Positions 18,538 through 28,806 are shown, counted from the stretch's first letter. The stretch: DNA of 64,000 nucleotides from Nitrosomonadales bacterium (GCA_016235045.1 JACRME010000015.1:3296-67295); one strand, 5' to 3'. Numbers and translations: made by a program. The notes: generated by a model not told the origin, from the letters alone.

Positions 18538-20505
18538 CTAACGGAAATTAATCGCACCGATGTCATACCCGTCGGCGCTTGGTCGCGGTGTGCGATAGAA
18601 ATCTTCAAAGACTGCGACCGGCGTGCCCGCGCCGATGGCCGGGCTGGATGCGCCGAGGCGGAAAAAGTCGGCGCTGGCCGGGTTCGCCGAAACCAGTTGC
18701 GGGTCGGCCAGCAGCGAATGGCTGTCGAGGCCCAACGCTTGCCAGCCGCTCAGATCGTACCTTGCCGTGGGCAGGCCGGAGGGGCCGACGGCGAACGGAT
18801 TTGCCTTGCTCGGTTTGTAGTAGAGGTTGTTGCTCAGGGCGATGCCGGTGGTCGCACCGAGGTTGATGAGTTCGCCCAAGCCGTTGATCCCCGGATTCTC
18901 CGACCACATCAGGTTGTTGCGCACTTCCCAGTTGCTCACCGCGGGCAGCTCGATATTCAGAAAATCGCCGTTGCCGATGTTGAGTCCGGTGGTGTTCGGC
19001 GTCATGTAGACTGAGTTGTTGAGTACATGCACGTTGCTCGCCCCGCAGGCGCCGCGGAATGCAAGGTTCATGTCGTAGATCAGGTTGTTGCGGACCATCG
19101 CGTCGTTTTCGGTCAGGTCGATGCCGGTGGAGATGTAGTCATCATTGGCGGGGTTGCCGTCGGGCTTGAGGATATTGCGTTCGATGAGCAGCATGCCGAG
19201 GTTGCGGTCGACAGCCAGCGAGAAATCGCACTCCACGTCGCTCGCGCTGGTGGCGATGCGCGAGGTGCCGGCGGTGATGATGTTGTCGGTGATGACGCCG
19301 CGCCGGGAATGCCACTTGATGCCGGTGGTCGGCGCGGCGCGGCTGGCATCGATCAGGTTGTCGGTGATGTAGACGTTGCGGCTCTCGCTCGGCCGGATAA
19401 AGCTGACCGCGATGCGCATCTGGTCGACGCTGCTGCCCATCAGCGCGCTGTCGACGCCGTCGACGTAGACGGAGAAATAGGCGTTGTTCTGCACCTGCGA
19501 GTTGTAGAGATAGCTTCTGTCGCCGCCTACTCCCCAGCCGACTTCGTTGCCGTTGTGGATCGAAAGGTTCATGCCGAGGAATTCGGTGCCGGTGCTCCCC
19601 ACGACGGTCGCGCCTTCGGTATTGGCTGGCGGCAGGTTGGTGCCGTCGAGGTCGAGGTCCATCACCCGCCAGTCCGTGCCGCTGACCAGCAGGCCTGCAC
19701 TCTGCCCCGGGTTTGCGCCCAGTTGCAGGATAGGCCGCGCGCCGGGGCCGAACGCGCCCAGCGTGTTGGGACCGCTGCCGCTCAGCGCGAGGGAGACCCC
19801 GGGCCAGGTCTCGCCGCTGCGCAGCAACAGGCGGCGATTGGCCGCAGCGTTCAGCCAGCTCAACTGTGCCGCCAGATCGGTAGAGGTAAGCGTCGCGCAG
19901 TTCGCCGGTGCATCGGTGAAGTCGCCCGTGCGCGAAACGCAGCGGGTTGCGTTCCCGGCGTAAACGGCTGCCGGATCGCTCACGGTGATGCTGACCGTAC
20001 CCACCGGACCAAGCCGCCCGGCACGATCCCGCACGCTGACGCTGACAACGTAAGTGCCGGGGGTTTCAAAAACATGCGCCGCCAGAAATCCGGTCGCCCG
20101 GTTGCGGCTCTTGCCGGTGGTCTGCCACACGCCGGCGCTGGCATCGTCGAAGTCCCAACTGAAATTCGCCGAGAGAAAGTCGTCACCGGTTAGCCCCGTA
20201 GTAGCGCTGGCATCAAAGAAGACTGCGAGCGGCGCAACGCCCGCCGTGCGACTCGGCGTTAGCGTAACCAGGATGTCGGTCAAAACGGGGGTAGATGGGG
20301 ATGGAGCCGACGAGCCCCCGCAAGCCGTCAGGCCCAGGCAGACCAGCAGGAGGAAGATCAGACCACGCCGGGGGTGGAAAATGGCGATAGGGACAGACCG
20401 TTTACTTGGGCTGAATATTGAATATTTGGTGAGACTTGCGATCAAGTGCTTCCCCTTTGCTGAACAAAGTGTGCCGCTGGCGATGCATCCCGACTGATGG
20501 AACAA
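18538..20505 (-). CDS. Secreted lipoprotein with PKD-like domain and beta-helix repeats
   Basis: Lipobox LTACGG, GVAPLAVFFDAS..FSWDFDD..AHVFETPGTY (PKD), repeated RNNLI/NNSV, C-terminal DFYRTPRP..YDIGA. True start is uncertain and probably downstream of 20505. Confidence 0.75.
   Translation of the reverse strand: MFHQSGCIASGTLCSAKGKHLIASLTKYSIFSPSKRSVPIAIFHPRRGLIFLLLVCLGLTACGGSSAPSPSTPVLTDILVTLTPSRTAGVAPLAVFFDASATTGLTGDDFLSANFSWDFDDASAGVWQTTGKSRNRATGFLAAHVFETPGTYVVSVSVRDRAGRLGPVGTVSITVSDPAAVYAGNATRCVSRTGDFTDAPANCATLTSTDLAAQLSWLNAAANRRLLLRSGETWPGVSLALSGSGPNTLGAFGPGARPILQLGANPGQSAGLLVSGTDWRVMDLDLDGTNLPPANTEGATVVGSTGTEFLGMNLSIHNGNEVGWGVGGDRSYLYNSQVQNNAYFSVYVDGVDSALMGSSVDQMRIAVSFIRPSESRNVYITDNLIDASRAAPTTGIKWHSRRGVITDNIITAGTSRIATSASDVECDFSLAVDRNLGMLLIERNILKPDGNPANDDYISTGIDLTENDAMVRNNLIYDMNLAFRGACGASNVHVLNNSVYMTPNTTGLNIGNGDFLNIELPAVSNWEVRNNLMWSENPGINGLGELINLGATTGIALSNNLYYKPSKANPFAVGPSGLPTARYDLSGWQALGLDSHSLLADPQLVSANPASADFFRLGASSPAIGAGTPVAVFEDFYRTPRPSADGYDIGAINFR
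20428..20492. repeat. Direct repeat copy B, upstream of the PKD lipoprotein
   Basis: GGTGAGACTTGCGATCAAGTGCTTCCCCTTTGCTGAACAAAGTGTGCCGCTGGCGATGCATCCCG. Confidence 0.85.
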
Positions 20506-20560
20506 CTAGCCATTCGACTATTGATCCGGCACGGTGATGTCTTGACTCAGTCGTGCTAAA
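20496..20560 (-). mobile_element. Divergent copy of the 60-bp element
   Basis: Minus strand ...CGACT(different loop)AGTCGAATGGCTAGTTGTTCCATC-AG; right half 24/25 identical to other copies. Confidence 0.6.
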
Positions 20561-20581
20561 CGGATGTCGCGGGTCTCAAAA

Positions 20582-20631
20582 GTAGGGTGCGCCTGCGCAC
20601 CATTTGGATCTGGTGCGTGAGCGCACCCTAC
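20582..20631. repeat. GTAG-type REP pair
   Basis: GTAGGGTGCGCCTGCGCACC ... GGTGCGTGAGCGCACCCTAC; same family at 28757. Confidence 0.85.
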
Positions 20632-20675
20632 AAACTTGACCCCGGTGCCGCGTGCCCACCCTACCCGGCTGAAAG

Positions 20676-21347
20676 CTAGACTGTAAGTGCTGTACATAAG
20701 CGCTCGACCTGACGATTGAATGCAGATTCCTCGTTGTGTCCTCTAAAGTCAGCCGCCACACGTGACTGCAACTGTCGCGCAAGATCTTTCCGTTCTGGCT
20801 CCCAACGGGACAAGACGAAATCATCTAACAGAACTGGAATCAAGAGTTCTGTACCTCCTTCGCGTGCCTCACGCGTAAGGGTTTGCTCGAGTTCATTCAG
20901 CCAACCTGGACGAGTAACTGCAGCCTCCGAGCAAATGGAGACTACGACGTCGTATTCATAAACAGCATCTGCCATCGTTCGATGTAGGCGCCGACCTGGA
21001 ATTGAGGACTCTGGGAAGTAATAGGTATGAACGCCTTTGCTCAGAAGCGCCTCATAGAGTTTTCGCGCAAAAACTTCATCTGGCCCGCCGTAGCTTATGA
21101 ACGCCGTCTTGAACTTTGCCGGCTTAACAACCGGATTTGCGGCTCTGTCTAGTCTTCCGACTGTCTGTGCGGATAGATCGCCCGAGCGTGCAATTTCAGC
21201 TATTGACGGACCATTCGGTAAGTTTCGCAGTGCAAGCATTTGCTGCACGAATTGCGACGTCTCTGGCGCGAGACCGAGGTCATCCAGGAACGGCTTAAGC
21301 CGTTCATAGTTCTCGGGCGTGAGTTTTACGGCGGCGGCTACGAACAT
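20676..21347 (-). CDS. TIR-domain protein
   Basis: AFISYGGPDEVFARKLYEAL, VVVSICS, WLNELE (putative catalytic Glu), LIPVLLDD; lower GC than flanks. Confidence 0.82.
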   Translation of the reverse strand: MFVAAAVKLTPENYERLKPFLDDLGLAPETSQFVQQMLALRNLPNGPSIAEIARSGDLSAQTVGRLDRAANPVVKPAKFKTAFISYGGPDEVFARKLYEALLSKGVHTYYFPESSIPGRRLHRTMADAVYEYDVVVSICSEAAVTRPGWLNELEQTLTREAREGGTELLIPVLLDDFVLSRWEPERKDLARQLQSRVAADFRGHNEESAFNRQVERLCTALTV

Positions 21348-21500
21348 GATTTGGATTCCCCTTAGCTATCAAATCTTGTATTGAGAGTTCGTTTTCCTTG
21401 CTGTTCTTTTTGCCTATGAAACGGCGATGTAGCCACGGCGCGGCGACGGGGTCAAGTCCTGCATTACGATATTTCAATACGCACAGGGTGAACGGCTCAT

Positions 21501-22541
21501 TCAATACGCCGCGATACTCACCTCATACAACCCGCCAATCACAGTGTACTCGTCCTCCCCCTGCAACATCCCCGGCAGCAATCTCGTGTAGCAGAACACT
21601 TTGGCCAGCGGCACTTGCGCGGTGAGCAGGTAGTCGCCGAACTCGTCGGCGCGTTCGCGGTTGGCGGTGAAGGAGCTCAGGCTGTTGAAGAGGACGACGC
21701 GGTGTTTGTTGTCCAGGAGGGCGAGTGTTTCGTGATCGTCAACGCGGTTAACGCCGCGGTAGAGGGTGAGGTGGGTTTCGCCGGGATACAGTCTGGCGAG
21801 TTCGTACTGGCAAAAGGTGTAGAGCAGGTCGAACTGCGATTCCAGCGCGTTGGTTCCGTATAGCGCGGTGGCGCGCATCTCCAGGTAGTGGCGGTAGGCT
21901 TCGCCCGACAAGTTGCGTATCTGCCCGCCGTGATGTCTTGGCAACAAGCCGAAGCGCGATTCCACCCAGCCTTTCAATGCCGCGCCTTCGCGGCCGTCTG
22001 CATCGAAACTCCAGCCGCGCACCATGCGCAGATAGTCGGCTTTCTGCCGCTTGTGTGTCGCTTGTGCGGTGTAGCCCGCCTGTTCCGGTTCGTCCAGATA
22101 GAACGAGGCGTTCATGTGCATGGTGAAGGCGTCGGCGCGTTCCTTTGGACTGTCGATGCGATCCAGCAGTTGGAACAGGCCGCGATGAAACTGGGCCACG
22201 CCGTCGAGTTCAAGGGCGACGGGCGAACGCTGGAAGGTGAGTCCGCCGAGGATGTCGGCGGGGAGGTTGCAGCGGTTGATCGGTAGCCGCGCGCTGCGTG
22301 GCAGAACGATGGACTTGCTTTCAGATAATCCATTAGCTGCAACAACATGCCCTCCCCCTTGCAGGGGGAGGGGTAGGGTGGGGGTAGAGTCGATGGGCTC
22401 CAGCGCTTCTACCCCCATCCTGGCCTTCCCCCTGCAAGGGGGAAGGGACTGGTGCTGCCCTGGTGAACTATCCGGGGTGACTTCGGGGGTTGTAGGCACT
22501 GCTACAAAGGCATCGGCTTTGTTGTGTTCCACATCCGCCAT
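21501..22541 (-). CDS. draT: NAD+:dinitrogenase reductase ADP-ribosyltransferase DraT
   Basis: LPINRCNLP, LRMVRGWSFDADGREGAALKGWVESRFGL, LYRGVN, SSFT, GEDEY; divergent from nifH. Start uncertain (22541 or 22574). Confidence 0.92.
   Translation of the reverse strand: MADVEHNKADAFVAVPTTPEVTPDSSPGQHQSLPPCRGKARMGVEALEPIDSTPTLPLPLQGGGHVVAANGLSESKSIVLPRSARLPINRCNLPADILGGLTFQRSPVALELDGVAQFHRGLFQLLDRIDSPKERADAFTMHMNASFYLDEPEQAGYTAQATHKRQKADYLRMVRGWSFDADGREGAALKGWVESRFGLLPRHHGGQIRNLSGEAYRHYLEMRATALYGTNALESQFDLLYTFCQYELARLYPGETHLTLYRGVNRVDDHETLALLDNKHRVVLFNSLSSFTANRERADEFGDYLLTAQVPLAKVFCYTRLLPGMLQGEDEYTVIGGLYEVSIAAY
22350..22448. repeat. Uninterrupted CCCTCCCC-family REP pair inside the draT reading frame
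   Basis: CCCTCCCCCTTGCAGGGGGAGGGGTAGGGTGGGGGTAGA ... TCTACCCCCATCCTGGCCTTCCCCCTGCAAGGGGGAAGGGA. Confidence 0.88.
22491..22506 (+). promoter_or_regulatory. NifA UAS for nifH
   Basis: TGTAGGCACTGCTACA. Confidence 0.85.
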
Positions 22542-22603
22542 TGCTTGTGGGGTTGTTTTATTTTTCTTATGCATTTCAGGCGGTTGGGTGTTTGTTGGGC
22601 GGG

Positions 22604-22619
22604 TGGCACGGAGCTTGCG
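22604..22619 (+). promoter_or_regulatory. sigma54 promoter of nifHDK
   Basis: TGGCACGGAGCTTGCG. Confidence 0.92.
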
Positions 22620-22666
22620 ATGTACTGGGTGCGAGCGACAGTTTTCAATCGCACATTAAATTCTGA

Positions 22667-23563
<897 letters not shown>

Positions 23564-23579
23564 GAATAAAGACCATTTA

Positions 23580-23702
23580 GCCACAGAGCTCACAGAGCAC
23601 ACAGAGAGAAACGGAAGTTGATAACGCAAGCGGAGTCACGAAGGAAAAGGCTGTCAGGTTTCAGGTTTGGCCTTCCTCTGTGATCTCTGTGTCCTCTGTG
23701 GC
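23580..23702. repeat. GCCACAGAG-family inverted repeat between nifH and nifD
   Basis: GCCACAGAGCTCACAGAGCACACAGAG ... CTCTGTGATCTCTGTGTCCTCTGTGGC. Confidence 0.85.
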
Positions 23703-23761
23703 AAAAATGTTTTTGAACCTGACAGACTCCACAGATTAGTGGGTCATTAAAGGAGAATGAA

Positions 23762-25237
23762 ATGTCTGCATTAACACGCGAAGAAACCCAGGCCCTGATT
23801 CAAGAGGTGCTTGAGGTTTATCCCGAGAAAGCAAAGAAAGACCGCGAGAAGCACCTGGCGGTCAACGACCAATCGATCGAACAGTCCAAGAAGTGCATCA
23901 CCTCCAACCGCAAATCGTTGCCGGGCGTGATGACCATTCGCGGTTGCGCCTACGCCGGTTCCAAGGGTGTGGTGTGGGGCCCGATCAAGGACATGATCCA
24001 CATTTCCCACGGCCCGGTCGGCTGCGGCCAGTATTCCCGCGCCGGTCGCCGTAACTACTACGTCGGCACCACCGGCGTGAACACTTTCGGCACGATGAAC
24101 TTCACTTCCGACTTCCAGGAAAAGGACATCGTGTTCGGCGGCGACAAGAAGCTCGCCAAAGTAATGACTGAAATCGATGCCCTGTTCCCGTTGAACAAAG
24201 GCATCTCGATTCAATCCGAGTGCCCGATCGGCCTGATCGGCGACGACATCGAAGCGGTCGCGAAAAAGACTGCGGCAGAAACCGGCAAGGTGGTAGTACC
24301 GGTGCGCTGCGAAGGTTTCCGCGGCGTGTCGCAATCGCTCGGTCACCACATCGCCAACGACGCGATCCGCGACTGGGTGCTGCCCCGCCGCGACGGCAAG
24401 GCGCATGAAAGCACGCCTTACGACGTGGCCGTGATCGGCGACTACAACATCGGCGGCGACGCCTGGTCTTCGCGCATCCTGCTGGAAGAAATGGGTCTGC
24501 GCGTGGTTGCGCAATGGTCCGGCGACGGCACCATCGCCGAGATGGAAAAGACGCCCTACGTCAAGATGAACCTCATCCACTGCTACCGTTCGATGAACTA
24601 CATCGCGCGTCACATGGAAGAGAAGTACAGCATCCCCTGGATGGAATACAACTTCTTCGGCCCGACCAAGGTTGCCGAGTCGCTGCGTGCCATCGCCGCG
24701 CACTTCGACGACAAGATCAAGGAAGGCGCAGAACGCGTCATCGCCAAGTACAAGGCAATGATGGACGAGATCATCGCCAAGTACAAACCGCGTCTCGAAG
24801 GCAAGCGCGTCATGTTGTACGTCGGCGGTCTGCGTCCGCGTCACGTGATCGGTGCCTATGAAGATCTGGGCATGGAAGTGGTCGGTACCGGTTACGAGTT
24901 CGGTCACAACGACGACTACGACCGCACCATCAAGGATATGGGCAACGCGACGCTGATCTATGACGACGTCACCGGCTTCGAGTTCGAAGAGTTCGTGAAG
25001 CGCGTCAAGCCAGACCTGGTCGGTTCCGGCATCAAGGAAAAGTTCATCTTCCAGAAGATGGGCGTTCCCTTCCGCCAGATGCATAGCTGGGACTACTCCG
25101 GCCCGTATCACGGCTACGACGGCTTCGCCATCTTCGCCCGCGACATGGACATGACTTTGAACAACCCGTGCTGGGGCAAGATGCAGGCGCCGTGGTTGAA
25201 GAAGGATGAGCCGGTCGCGGAGAAGGCGGCAGCGTAA
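23762..25237 (+). CDS. nifD: Nitrogenase MoFe protein alpha chain
   Basis: RGCAYAG, HGPVGC, HCYRS (FeMoco Cys), QMHSWDY (FeMoco His). Confidence 0.99.
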   Translation: MSALTREETQALIQEVLEVYPEKAKKDREKHLAVNDQSIEQSKKCITSNRKSLPGVMTIRGCAYAGSKGVVWGPIKDMIHISHGPVGCGQYSRAGRRNYYVGTTGVNTFGTMNFTSDFQEKDIVFGGDKKLAKVMTEIDALFPLNKGISIQSECPIGLIGDDIEAVAKKTAAETGKVVVPVRCEGFRGVSQSLGHHIANDAIRDWVLPRRDGKAHESTPYDVAVIGDYNIGGDAWSSRILLEEMGLRVVAQWSGDGTIAEMEKTPYVKMNLIHCYRSMNYIARHMEEKYSIPWMEYNFFGPTKVAESLRAIAAHFDDKIKEGAERVIAKYKAMMDEIIAKYKPRLEGKRVMLYVGGLRPRHVIGAYEDLGMEVVGTGYEFGHNDDYDRTIKDMGNATLIYDDVTGFEFEEFVKRVKPDLVGSGIKEKFIFQKMGVPFRQMHSWDYSGPYHGYDGFAIFARDMDMTLNNPCWGKMQAPWLKKDEPVAEKAAA

Positions 25238-25252
25238 GTACCACCCCTCTAC

Positions 25253-25352
25253 TCCCTCCCCCTTGCAGGGGGAGGGCGGGGGAGAGGGTAGAAGTAGTCA
25301 GGTTCCACGACTCTACCCTCTCCCTAACCCTCTCCCTGCAAGGGAGAGGGGA
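25253..25352. repeat. Uninterrupted CCCTCCCC-family REP pair between nifD and nifK
   Basis: TCCCTCCCCCTTGCAGGGGGAGGGCGGGGGAGAGGGTAGA ... TCTACCCTCTCCCTAACCCTCTCCCTGCAAGGGAGAGGGGA; a GTAG-type REP follows at 25366-25400. Confidence 0.85.
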
Positions 25353-25463
25353 CGGAGGAAGAAATGTAGGGTGGGTTAGGCCGCAAGGACGTAACCCACC
25401 AGCATCACCACCTTAACTGATGCTCGTGTCCGCAGATTGGCGGCTCGGGCCAAGGAGATAAAC

Positions 25464-27032
25464 ATGCAACAAGCTGATGACATCAAACCTTGTTATCCAT
25501 TGTTCCGTCAGGACGAGTACAAGGAATCGCTGAGTAACAAACAGGACAACTTTGAAGAGCGTCACGACGCTGCAAAAGTTCAGGAAACCTTCAAGTGGAC
25601 AACCACGATGGAGTACCGCGAACTCAACTTCAAGCGCGAAGCATTGACCGTTAACCCGGCCAAGGCCTGCCAACCTCTGGGCGCGGTGCTGTGCGCGCTG
25701 GGCTTCGAAAAGACCATGCCGTACGTGCACGGTTCGCAAGGTTGCGTGGCTTACTTCCGCACCTATTTCAACCGTCACTTCCGCGAGCCGGTGTCTTGCG
25801 TATCCGATTCCATGACTGAAGACGCAGCCGTGTTCGGCGGTCAGAAGAACATGATCGACGGCCTGGAAAACGCCAAGGCGCTGTACAAGCCGGAAATGAT
25901 CGCGGTATCCACCACCTGCATGGCGGAAGTGATCGGCGACGACTTGAACGCCTTCATTCTCAACACCAAGAAGGCCGGGAATATTCCCGACGACTTCCCG
26001 GTACCGTTCGCGCACACCCCGTCGTTCGTGGGTTCGCACGTGACAGGATGGGACGGCATGCTCGAAGGCGTGTTGCGTTGCTTCACCGTGAACAGCATGG
26101 AAGGCAAAGTGATCGGCTCCAACGGCAAGATCAACATCGTTCCCGGTTTCGAGACTTACCTCGGCAACTACCGCGTGATCCATCGCATGCTGGACGAGAT
26201 GGGCGTTGCGCACACCATGCTGAGCGATCCTTCCGAAGTGCTGGATACACCGGCCGACGGCCAGTTCCGCATGTACTCGGGCGGCACCACGCAGGCTGAA
26301 GTGAAAGACGCGCCGAACGCGATCAACACTTTCCTGCTGCAACCGCTGTCGATCGACAAGTCCAGGAAATATATCGAGGCAACGTGGAAGCACGAGACAC
26401 CGAAGTTGAACATCCCGATGGGCCTGGAGTGGACCGACGAATGGCTGATGAAGGTTTCCGAAGTCACCGGCAAGGCGATCCCCGCTTCGTTGTTGAAGGA
26501 GCGCGGCCGCTTCGTGGACATGATGACCGATAGCCACACCTGGCTGCACGGCAAAAAGATCAGCCTGTACGGCGATCCCGACTTCGTCATGGGCATGACC
26601 AAGTTCCTCACCGAACTGGGCATCGAACCGCTGCACGTGCTGTGCAACAACGGCAGCAAGAAGTGGGAAAAAGCCATGCGCAAGATGCTGGACGAGACTC
26701 CCTACGGCAAGAACACCCAGTTGTTCGCGGGTGCCGACCTGTGGCACTTCCGTTCGCTGGTGCTGACCGAGAAGCCCGACTTCATGATCGGCAACTCCTA
26801 CGCCAAGTTCATCCAGCGCGACACGCTGGCCCTGGGTAAAGAGTTCGAGGTTCCGCTGATCCGTATCGGCTTCCCGATCTTCGATCGTCATCACCTGCAT
26901 CGCTCGACAACACTGGGCTATGAAGGCGCGATGCAGATGCTTACCACACTGACCAATGCAGTGCTGGAGAAGCTGGATGAAGATACGCGCGGTATGGGAA
27001 CCACCGACTACAACCACGATCTGGTACGTTAA
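25464..27032 (+). CDS. nifK: Nitrogenase MoFe protein beta chain
   Basis: NPAKACQPLG, HGSQGC, TTCMAEVIGDD, C-terminal DYNHDLVR; AGGAG RBS. Confidence 0.99.
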   Translation: MQQADDIKPCYPLFRQDEYKESLSNKQDNFEERHDAAKVQETFKWTTTMEYRELNFKREALTVNPAKACQPLGAVLCALGFEKTMPYVHGSQGCVAYFRTYFNRHFREPVSCVSDSMTEDAAVFGGQKNMIDGLENAKALYKPEMIAVSTTCMAEVIGDDLNAFILNTKKAGNIPDDFPVPFAHTPSFVGSHVTGWDGMLEGVLRCFTVNSMEGKVIGSNGKINIVPGFETYLGNYRVIHRMLDEMGVAHTMLSDPSEVLDTPADGQFRMYSGGTTQAEVKDAPNAINTFLLQPLSIDKSRKYIEATWKHETPKLNIPMGLEWTDEWLMKVSEVTGKAIPASLLKERGRFVDMMTDSHTWLHGKKISLYGDPDFVMGMTKFLTELGIEPLHVLCNNGSKKWEKAMRKMLDETPYGKNTQLFAGADLWHFRSLVLTEKPDFMIGNSYAKFIQRDTLALGKEFEVPLIRIGFPIFDRHHLHRSTTLGYEGAMQMLTTLTNAVLEKLDEDTRGMGTTDYNHDLVR

Positions 27033-27040
27033 GGGCAGGC

Positions 27041-27118
27041 GTAGGGTGGGCACGCTTTTGTGCCCACGCGGTTTTCGTATCTCGCTCCGCGTGGGCACAT
27101 GAAACGTACCCACCCTAC
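27041..27118. repeat. GTAG-type REP pair
   Basis: GTAGGGTGGGCACGCTTTTGTGCCCACGCG ... CGCGTGGGCAC..ACCCACCCTAC. Confidence 0.8.
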
Positions 27119-27141
27119 ATCCTGCAACTCAAGGAGTTGCA

Positions 27142-27363
27142 ATGGCAAACATCATGATCCAAGGCAGCAAAGGCGCGTACGTGTTCTATTTGCCCAAGCG
27201 CGACCTCGAGGACAACATCGTTTCGATGGAGTTCGACACCCCGGAGAAGTGGGGCGGCGAGATCAAGCTGAACAATGGCGGCACGTACTACATCGAGCCG
27301 CAGCCGGCTCCGGCGCGGTTGCCGATCTCGTTGCGCGCCAAGCGTCTGGATGCTGCTGAATAA
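27142..27363 (+). CDS. nifT: NifT/FixU
   Basis: YLPKRDLED.IVSME...KWGG...LPISLRA. Confidence 0.92.
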   Translation: MANIMIQGSKGAYVFYLPKRDLEDNIVSMEFDTPEKWGGEIKLNNGGTYYIEPQPAPARLPISLRAKRLDAAE

Positions 27364-27381
27364 ACAATCAGGAGAATTATC

Positions 27382-27582
27382 ATGGCAATGAAAATCGACA
27401 TGAATCTGTGTACCGCCTGCGGTGACTGCGAACCGGAGTGCCCGACGGCTTCCATCAGCGGCAAGAAGGGCGTGTTCAAGATCAACGCAAGCGAATGTAC
27501 CGAGTGCGACGGCGAGTACGACAAGCCGCAGTGCGTGAAGATTTGCCCGATCAAGGGTTGCATCACACAAATCGCAGCATAA
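27382..27582 (+). CDS. 2[4Fe-4S] ferredoxin (FdxN-like)
   Basis: CTACGDCEPECP and CTEC-x8-CVKICP. Confidence 0.9.
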   Translation: MAMKIDMNLCTACGDCEPECPTASISGKKGVFKINASECTECDGEYDKPQCVKICPIKGCITQIAA

Positions 27583-27692
27583 GCAACTCCGTCCGTGGTG
27601 CGCCAATCGAGCCATGGACGGACCTATTGAGTAGCACGATTCCATCCGGGCTACGTACTGAAGCAGACAAACGAATACGACGAGGTGACCGT

Positions 27693-28400
27693 ATGAGTAA
27701 CGGAATCATCACAAAGACCGCCGCCCTGCGTATCGCAATGGCAACACGAGTCCTCTCCGAGGTGAATACGGCTGCGCTGGTGGCGAAGCTGGGCGAACAT
27801 CTTGGCCTGCCTGTCACCGAGGAGAAGCTCTCCAAGGTGACCGTGGCCGACCTCAAGCTGATCCTGTCCGGCGAAGAGACTGTCGAACCGGATGTGGACA
27901 GCGCTACCATCAAGCTGGCGGTGCGTCATCTGTGGGGCGAAACCGGCGATGCCGACAACTTGCCGCCCATGGATGCGTACGCCGAAGGCGATATGCCAGG
28001 CAGCCTGCGCGTGGCCGTCGCCTCCAATACCGAAGAAAACCTCGACGGCCATTTTGGCTCGTGCCCGCGCTTCCTGATCTATCAGGTCGGGCGTGACAGC
28101 ATCCGCCTGATCGATGCGCGCTCCACGCTCATCACCGACGATGCCGAAGACAAGAATGTTGCGCGCGCCAAACTGATCGACGATTGCCAGATCGTTTATG
28201 TGCAATCCATCGGCGGTCCGGCCGCAGCCAAGGCTGTGCGCGCCGACATTCATCCGGTGAAGGTGCCGGAAGGCGGCAAGGCCCGCGCCACGCTGCAGCG
28301 CCTGCAAGCCGTGCTCGATGCGCCGCCGCCCTGGCTTGCCAAGATACTCGGCGTGGAAGCGAAATCGCTGAACAAATTCAGCGAGGCGCACGAGGAGTGA
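27693..28400 (+). CDS. nifY: NifY/NafY FeMo-cofactor insertion protein
   Basis: ALRIAMATR N-domain; RVAVASN..LDGHFGSCPRF, SIGGPAAAK, PPPWLAK. Confidence 0.88.
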   Translation: MSNGIITKTAALRIAMATRVLSEVNTAALVAKLGEHLGLPVTEEKLSKVTVADLKLILSGEETVEPDVDSATIKLAVRHLWGETGDADNLPPMDAYAEGDMPGSLRVAVASNTEENLDGHFGSCPRFLIYQVGRDSIRLIDARSTLITDDAEDKNVARAKLIDDCQIVYVQSIGGPAAAKAVRADIHPVKVPEGGKARATLQRLQAVLDAPPPWLAKILGVEAKSLNKFSEAHEE

Positions 28401-28404
28401 TCGG

Positions 28405-28677
28405 ATGATCGTCCCCGCAACATTGGAACAAATTGCCAGCGCTGCAACCTCGCTGGGGGATTTGAACGAGCACGCGCTGGAATCGCTCAAACAGAAGTGG
28501 CCGGATTTGCGCTTCACCTTATGCAATGACGACGACATGCCTGCGCGGCTGCCGCCAACGCTGAAGCAGGAAAAATTCAATTTGTATCTGGTGGGGGGCG
28601 GAGAACACTGTCTCAGCCTCACGACGGATCCCGAGCAGGCCATCGGCGTGGTGCTGGCAAGCGTGGACGACTATTGA
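28405..28677 (+). CDS. Small nif-associated conserved protein (DUF6129-like)
   Basis: RFTLCNDDD...FNLYLV..EHCLSLT...GVVLA; follows nifY. Confidence 0.75.
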   Translation: MIVPATLEQIASAATSLGDLNEHALESLKQKWPDLRFTLCNDDDMPARLPPTLKQEKFNLYLVGGGEHCLSLTTDPEQAIGVVLASVDDY

Positions 28678-28756
28678 TCCGGCCAGGTAAAGATTGAAGG
28701 CCCGGCTATTGGGCGGCTTGGTGGGATAGGTTCAAACATAATCTGGCGGGTTAAAG

Positions 28757-28806
28757 GTAGGGTGCGCTTGCGCACCAGCTAGCTCTGGTGCGCAAGCGCA
28801 CCCTAC
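28757..28806. repeat. GTAG-type REP pair
   Basis: GTAGGGTGCGCTTGCGCACCAG ... CTGGTGCGCAAGCGCACCCTAC, perfect. Confidence 0.88.

Noticed and set aside
9860..21347. SIR2 plus TIR as a Thoeris system
   Set aside because: The genes are about 10 kb apart. The SIR2-like gene has host-like composition, a sigma54 motif and no SLOG or Macro domain, and fits the nif-associated family.
21304..21504. 66-aa ORF overlapping the draT stop
   Set aside because: It crosses the inverted repeat and an AT-rich spacer and has no recognisable motif; it cannot be supported as a gene or as a frameshifted TIR N-terminus.
23771..27113. Minus-strand ORFs of 446 and 566 aa
   Set aside because: Antisense to nifD and nifK.
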